DNA of 64,000 bases from contig CAWJNW010000020.1 of the NCBI GenBank assembly GCA_963844335.1, forward strand, positions 120,294 to 184,293, written 5' to 3'. Source of the DNA: an uncultured Planctomycetaceae bacterium (GTDB taxonomy: Bacteria > Planctomycetota > Planctomycetia > Planctomycetales > Planctomycetaceae). Positions 59,924 to 64,000 of this stretch are shown here, one piece after another (position 1 is the stretch's first letter; every line of letters starts with the position of its first letter). Position numbers and translations under genes: made by a program. Under the pieces are notes generated by a model. The model did not search any database. It worked only from the letters and a program-made list of their open reading frames with translations, and was not told where the DNA came from.

Positions 59924-60391
59924 ATGGTGAGCGCAGGGAGGGGCACAAGGCGGAAGGTTCTGGCGGTCGCATCGCGGGGCGGCCATTGGATCCAATTGCT
60001 GCGGTTGCGCGAAGCGTACGGCGACGACGTCGTCTTCGTCACGACGGTTCCCGAATACCGGCAGATGGTCGGTGACGCACGGTTTCGGCTCGTTCTCGAA
60101 GCGAACCGCGATCACAAGCTGCGGCTCGCGATCATGGCGCTGCAGATCCTTTGGATACTCGTGCGCGAACGGCCGCAGACCGTCATCACGACCGGAGCCG
60201 CTCCGGGCTATTTCGCTGTTCGGTTCAGCAAGTGGCTGGGTGTCAGGACGCTCTGGATCGACAGCATCGCCAATGCGGAGGAACTTTCGCTGTCGGCCCG
60301 ACTCGCGTCGCGGTATGCCGACGCGACTCTGACACAGTGGCGTCATCTCGCACAACCTGGCATTGCGCAGTATTGCGGAGCGGTCATATGA
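59924..60391 (+). CDS. Alg14-like (PssD/Cps14F-type) membrane-anchoring subunit of a split glycosyltransferase.
   Basis: KVLAVASRGGHWIQLLRL ... LRLAIMALQILWILVRERPQTVITTGAAPGYFAVRFSKWLGVRTLWIDSIANAEELSLSARL. Confidence 0.7.
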   Translation: MVSAGRGTRRKVLAVASRGGHWIQLLRLREAYGDDVVFVTTVPEYRQMVGDARFRLVLEANRDHKLRLAIMALQILWILVRERPQTVITTGAAPGYFAVRFSKWLGVRTLWIDSIANAEELSLSARLASRYADATLTQWRHLAQPGIAQYCGAVI

Positions 60392-60933
60392 TCTTCGTCA
60401 CCGTCGGAAACATGGACCCGTTCGACCGTCTGATCCAGACGGTCGATGCCTGGGCTGGCAGGCGGACGCATGAGGAAGAGATCTTCATGCAGATCGGTGG
60501 AGGACGGTATCGCCCCGAACATTGCCAATACGTGGACTTCTTGCAGCCTGGCACGTTTCGCGAAACCTTTTCGCAGGCGCGGTTCGTCATCTCTCACGCC
60601 GGCATGGGAACGATTATCACGGCACTGGAACTATCGAAGCCGCTCGTGGTCATGCCTAAGCGAGCGTCGCTTGGCGAGCAACGGAACGAGCATCAACTGG
60701 CGACCGTGCGGCGTTTCCGGCGGTCATCGCGAATCCGTGTCGCCGAATCGGACGAGGAACTGAGCCGGCTGCTCGATTCTCTGTCGGTCGAAGACTCGAT
60801 CGAGAGCGCGGCTGAAGCAACCGAACAATGGAGACCTGACTCGACGCTGATCGAATTCGTGCGTGAATTCATTGCAAGCAATCGACCGCATCAGTCCGAG
60901 GTCCGACCTGCCGTTCCAGGAGCAGCCTCATGA
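60388..60933 (+). CDS. Alg13-like (PssE/Cps14G-type, Glyco_tran_28_C) catalytic subunit of a split glycosyltransferase.
   Basis: [20 protein letters not shown] ... [42 protein letters not shown] overlaps at both ends. Confidence 0.7.
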   Translation: MIFVTVGNMDPFDRLIQTVDAWAGRRTHEEEIFMQIGGGRYRPEHCQYVDFLQPGTFRETFSQARFVISHAGMGTIITALELSKPLVVMPKRASLGEQRNEHQLATVRRFRRSSRIRVAESDEELSRLLDSLSVEDSIESAAEATEQWRPDSTLIEFVREFIASNRPHQSEVRPAVPGAAS

Positions 60934-61818
60934 ACATCGACCGCAAGGGATTGATTCTGGCGGGCGGTTCCGGCACGCGGCTGTATCCGCTGACGCAAGT
61001 CGTCAGCAAGCAGCTGCTGCACGTGTACGACAAACCGATGATCTACTACCCCCTGTCAACGCTGATGCTCGCAGGGATTCGGCAGATCCTCTTAATTCAG
61101 TACCCCGCAAGATCTGCCGCTGTTCCGGCGATTGCTCGGGGACGGATCTCAATGGGGTCTCGAACTTGCCTATGCCGAGCAACCGAAGCCGGAGGGTTTG
61201 GCCCAAGCTTTCGTGATCGGTGCATCGTTCATCGGATCAAGTCCTAGTTGCCTCGTGCTTGGGGACAATATCTTCTACGGCGACGACTTGAGCGTCGCGC
61301 TGCAATCGGTGTCGCGAAGGACTTCGGGGGCGACGGTCTTCGCTTATCACGTCCAGGACCCCGAGCGCTACGGCGTTGTCGAGCTCAATGAGCGGGGCGT
61401 CGCTGTTGATCTCCAGGAGAAGCCAAAAGAACCGCGTTCGAATTACGCGGTGACGGGCCTCTATTTCTACGACAACGACGTCATTGAGATTGCTCGCGGA
61501 CTGAAGCCATCGGCGCGCGGCGAGCTGGAGATCACCGACGTCAACCGGGCATACCTTTCCAAAGAGCGCCTCCGCGTCGAGATCCTCAAACGCGGCAGTG
61601 CGTGGCTCGACACCGGAACGTTCGATTCGCTGCTCGATGCGGCGACGTTCGTGTCAGTGCTCGAGACGCGACAGGGGCTGAAGATCGCCTGTCCGGAAGA
61701 GATCGCGTGGCGGATGGGCTACATCGACGCCGAGCAGTTGCTTCGTATCGCCCACCCGATGCGAAACAACTCGTACGGCCGCTATCTCGAAAGCCTCGTT
61801 TCGCCGCGCAAGCAATAG
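60930..61818 (+). CDS. rmlA: Glucose-1-phosphate thymidylyltransferase. One frameshift as sequenced, near 61098.
   Basis: [51 protein letters not shown] (ORF 60930..), then [38 protein letters not shown]...LGDNIFYG...PERYGVVE...[10 protein letters not shown]...ELEITDVN (ORF 61132..61818). Confidence 0.9.
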
Positions 61819-61826
61819 GAGACCTT

Positions 61827-62885
61827 ATGAAGATTCTCGTGACCGGCGGCGCCGGCTTCATCGGTTCGGCTGTCATTCGGCACCTGATCTCCGAGACGGA
61901 GCACGCCGTCGTCAACGTCGATCGCCTGACGTACGCAGGCAACCTCACGACGCTCGAGACGGTTGCCGATGACTCGCGGTACTGCTTTGAGAAGACCGAC
62001 ATCTGCCACGAAGCGGGAGTCGCACGGATCTTCGAGCGGCACCAGCCCGACGCCGTGATGCATCTCGCGGCGGAATCGCACGTCGATCGCTCGATCGATG
62101 GTCCTGCGGCATTCGTTCAGACAAACGTCGTCGGTACGTACACGCTCCTTGAGGCGGCGCGTCGTTACTGGAGCGGGCTCTGGGGAGCGCATAAGGAATT
62201 CTTTCGCTTCCACCACATCTCGACCGACGAAGTCTATGGCTCGCTAGGCGACGGAGGTTATTTCACGGAAGAAACGCCTTACGACCCGAGTTCGCCTTAT
62301 TCGGCAAGCAAGGCGGCTTCCGATCATCTCGCCCGGGCGTGGCAGCGAACTTACGGTTTGCCCGTGCTGGTGACGAATTGCTCGAACAACTACGGGCCGT
62401 ATCAGTTTCCCGAGAAGCTGATCCCGCTGATGATTCAGAACGCTCTCGCGGGCAAGCCGCTTCCCGTGTACGGCAAAGGGGAAAATGTTCGCGATTGGCT
62501 CTACGTGGACGACCATGCGCGAGCGCTCGTAACAGTGCTTCAACGCGGCCGCGTCGGTGAGACGTACAACATCGGCGGCAATAGCGAGCGGCGGAACATC
62601 GATGTCGTCAGGACGCTCTGCGGGCTCCTCGATCGGGCGTCGCCTGACTCGCCCCATGCGCCCCACGAAAGCCTGATCACATACGTCGCCGACCGTCCCG
62701 GCCACGATCATCGTTATGCGATCGATGCGAGCAAGATCCTGCGCGAGCTGTCGTGGAAGCCTCGCGAGTCATTCGAATCGGGATTGGAGAAGACGGTCCG
62801 CTGGTACCTCGACAATCAGGAATGGTGCCGGCGCGCCGTGGCGAATCGGTATTCAGGAGAGCGGCTGGGACTCAATGTTGCGTGA
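61827..62885 (+). CDS. rmlB: dTDP-glucose 4,6-dehydratase.
   Basis: [16 protein letters not shown] ... [12 protein letters not shown] ... [13 protein letters not shown] ... STDEVYG ... [13 protein letters not shown] ... [19 protein letters not shown] lies before ATG 61827. Confidence 0.9.
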   Translation: MKILVTGGAGFIGSAVIRHLISETEHAVVNVDRLTYAGNLTTLETVADDSRYCFEKTDICHEAGVARIFERHQPDAVMHLAAESHVDRSIDGPAAFVQTNVVGTYTLLEAARRYWSGLWGAHKEFFRFHHISTDEVYGSLGDGGYFTEETPYDPSSPYSASKAASDHLARAWQRTYGLPVLVTNCSNNYGPYQFPEKLIPLMIQNALAGKPLPVYGKGENVRDWLYVDDHARALVTVLQRGRVGETYNIGGNSERRNIDVVRTLCGLLDRASPDSPHAPHESLITYVADRPGHDHRYAIDASKILRELSWKPRESFESGLEKTVRWYLDNQEWCRRAVANRYSGERLGLNVA

Positions 62886-62891
62886 CATGCC

Positions 62892-63437
62892 ATGAAGATC
62901 ATCCCATCTGAACTGCACGGCGTATGCGTGATCGAACCCAAGGTGTTCGGTGATGCTCGCGGCTATTTCCTCGAAACATGGAATCGCCGCGCGTTCGCGA
63001 GCGCCGGCGTGGAAGTCGACTTCGTCCAGGACAACTTGTCTTATTCCGGACGAGGAACGCTTCGCGGTCTCCACTTCCAGAATCCGCATCCGCAAGGGAA
63101 GCTCGTCACCGTGCTTGCCGGCGAAGTCTTCGACGTCGTTGTCGATGTCCGGGTCGATTCCCCGACGTTCGGTCGTTGGATCGGCATCACGCTCTCGGCG
63201 GAGAACCGCCGGCAGCTCTATGTGCCGCCCGGGTTCGCACACGGCTTCTGCGTGACGGGCGAATCGGCGCTGTTCGCCTACAAGTGCTCGGACTACTACT
63301 CGCCGCGCGATGAAGTGACGCTCGCGTGGGATGATCCCGATCTTGGGATCGACTGGCCGACGCGCGAGCCGGTCCTCTCCGAGAAAGATCGTCACGGCAT
63401 CCGGCTGAAGGACTTTCCGAAGGAGCGGCTCTTTTGA
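62892..63437 (+). CDS. rmlC: dTDP-4-dehydrorhamnose 3,5-epimerase.
   Basis: GVCVIEPKVFGDARGYFLETWN ... QDNLSYSGRGTLRGLHFQ ... QGKLVTVLAGEVFDVVVDVR ... GFAHGFCV ... YKCSDYYSP. Confidence 0.9.
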   Translation: MKIIPSELHGVCVIEPKVFGDARGYFLETWNRRAFASAGVEVDFVQDNLSYSGRGTLRGLHFQNPHPQGKLVTVLAGEVFDVVVDVRVDSPTFGRWIGITLSAENRRQLYVPPGFAHGFCVTGESALFAYKCSDYYSPRDEVTLAWDDPDLGIDWPTREPVLSEKDRHGIRLKDFPKERLF

Positions 63438-63518
63438 CGTGGTCGCCGACAGGACTGCAAGCGTATCGCCGCCGCCGCGTCGATGAGCGGAATCGAGATC
63501 ACCTCATTTTGGCAGGAT

Positions 63519-64000
63519 ATGGCTGACGCCACCGCTGTGATGTCATTGAATCCGAACACGCCTGCGAAGGTCGCGGGTGCGTCGCGTTCTCTGCGCGAGC
63601 CGATTGCCGATCGGTTCGACACGGCGAATTTGACGAAGGATTTGGCTCGACGCACGATCCGCGGGGGAGCCGTCACGCTGACGGCGCAGGGAGCGAAGTT
63701 TGTCCTGCGGATGGGGTCGATGGCGGTTCTGGCCCGGCTGCTGACACCGGCCGATTTCGGCGTGATCGCGATGGTGACGGTCATCACCGGGTTCGTCGAG
63801 ATGTTCAAGGACGCCGGTCTTTCGACGGCGACTGTGCAACGAGCGACGATCACTCATGCTCAGATCAGCACGCTGTTCTGGATCAACGTCGCGCTCAGCG
63901 TCGGCGTCACGGCGACTGTCGCGGGACTCGCCCCAGCGATCGCCTGGTTCTACGACGATCCTCGCCTAACGGCTGTCACGCTCACGCTGGCCGGGACGAT
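63519..64000 (+). CDS. Polysaccharide flippase (Wzx/PST-family MOP transporter), 3' end outside the window.
   Basis: This ORF runs off the window and is not in the ORF track. My translation from ATG 63519 is MADATAVMSLNPN ... RRTIRGGAVTLTAQGAKFVLRMGSMAVLARLLTPADFGVIAMVTVITGFVEMFKDAGLSTATVQRATITHAQISTLFWINVALSVG..., the typical PST N-terminus. Confidence 0.75.
   Translation, partial: MADATAVMSLNPNTPAKVAGASRSLREPIADRFDTANLTKDLARRTIRGGAVTLTAQGAKFVLRMGSMAVLARLLTPADFGVIAMVTVITGFVEMFKDAGLSTATVQRATITHAQISTLFWINVALSVGVTATVAGLAPAIAWFYDDPRLTAVTLTLAGT

Noticed and set aside
40146-63437. Separation of rmlD (minus strand, 40146-41027) from rmlACB (60930-63437) as a sign of rearrangement.
   Set aside because: Split rml genes within one polysaccharide locus are common. 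No repeat or mobile element flanks either site.

Overview
GC-rich bacterial chromosome segment. The gene content and the repeat style look Planctomycetota-like, but that is only an inference. Everything here was read by eye from the sequence and the ORF track, with no computation or database search. I found no rRNA, tRNA, CRISPR array, transposase, integrase or phage genes. Layout: (1) 1-15.3 kb holds housekeeping and redox genes: ligD 3' part, di-haem peroxidase, Rieske protein, HpcH-type aldolase, moeA, lnt, DinB-family protein, sufE-sufS, a GNAT, two aminotransferases and two tandem secreted cyclophilins. (2) 15.3-21.2 kb holds a GNAT, an aldo/keto reductase and an FAD oxidoreductase on the minus strand, facing a translationally coupled trio of acyl-AMP ligase, carrier protein and E2-like acyltransferase. 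(3) 21.3-23.3 kb holds eno and an FtsB-like gene. (4) 23.3-29.5 kb is a caa3-type cytochrome oxidase operon on the minus strand. (5) 29.6-36.9 kb holds a glycerol-1-phosphate-dehydrogenase-like gene next to a cytoplasmic cluster: a GT4 fusion, two GH130 proteins and a Gfo/Idh/MocA oxidoreductase. (6) 37.1-64 kb is a PEP-CTERM/exosortase exopolysaccharide locus. It contains a PEP-CTERM substrate, a wza-to-rmlD operon with uncharacterised small proteins, exosortase, Wzc-like PCP/ATPase, EpsI, a 1444-aa TPR protein, a priming sugar transferase, three GT2s, a methyltransferase, a Wzy-like protein, an Alg14/Alg13-like pair, rmlACB and the start of a Wzx flippase. Two window-wide observations stand out. 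About 30 frameshifts interrupt 18 otherwise well conserved genes, including eno, sufS, moeA and lnt. Three families of structured palindromic intergenic elements are present. The candidates I rank highest for an undescribed system are the GT4-fusion/GH130/G1PDH-like cluster and the ligase-ACP-E2-like trio. Frameshift positions are approximate, within about 10 nt unless a range is given.
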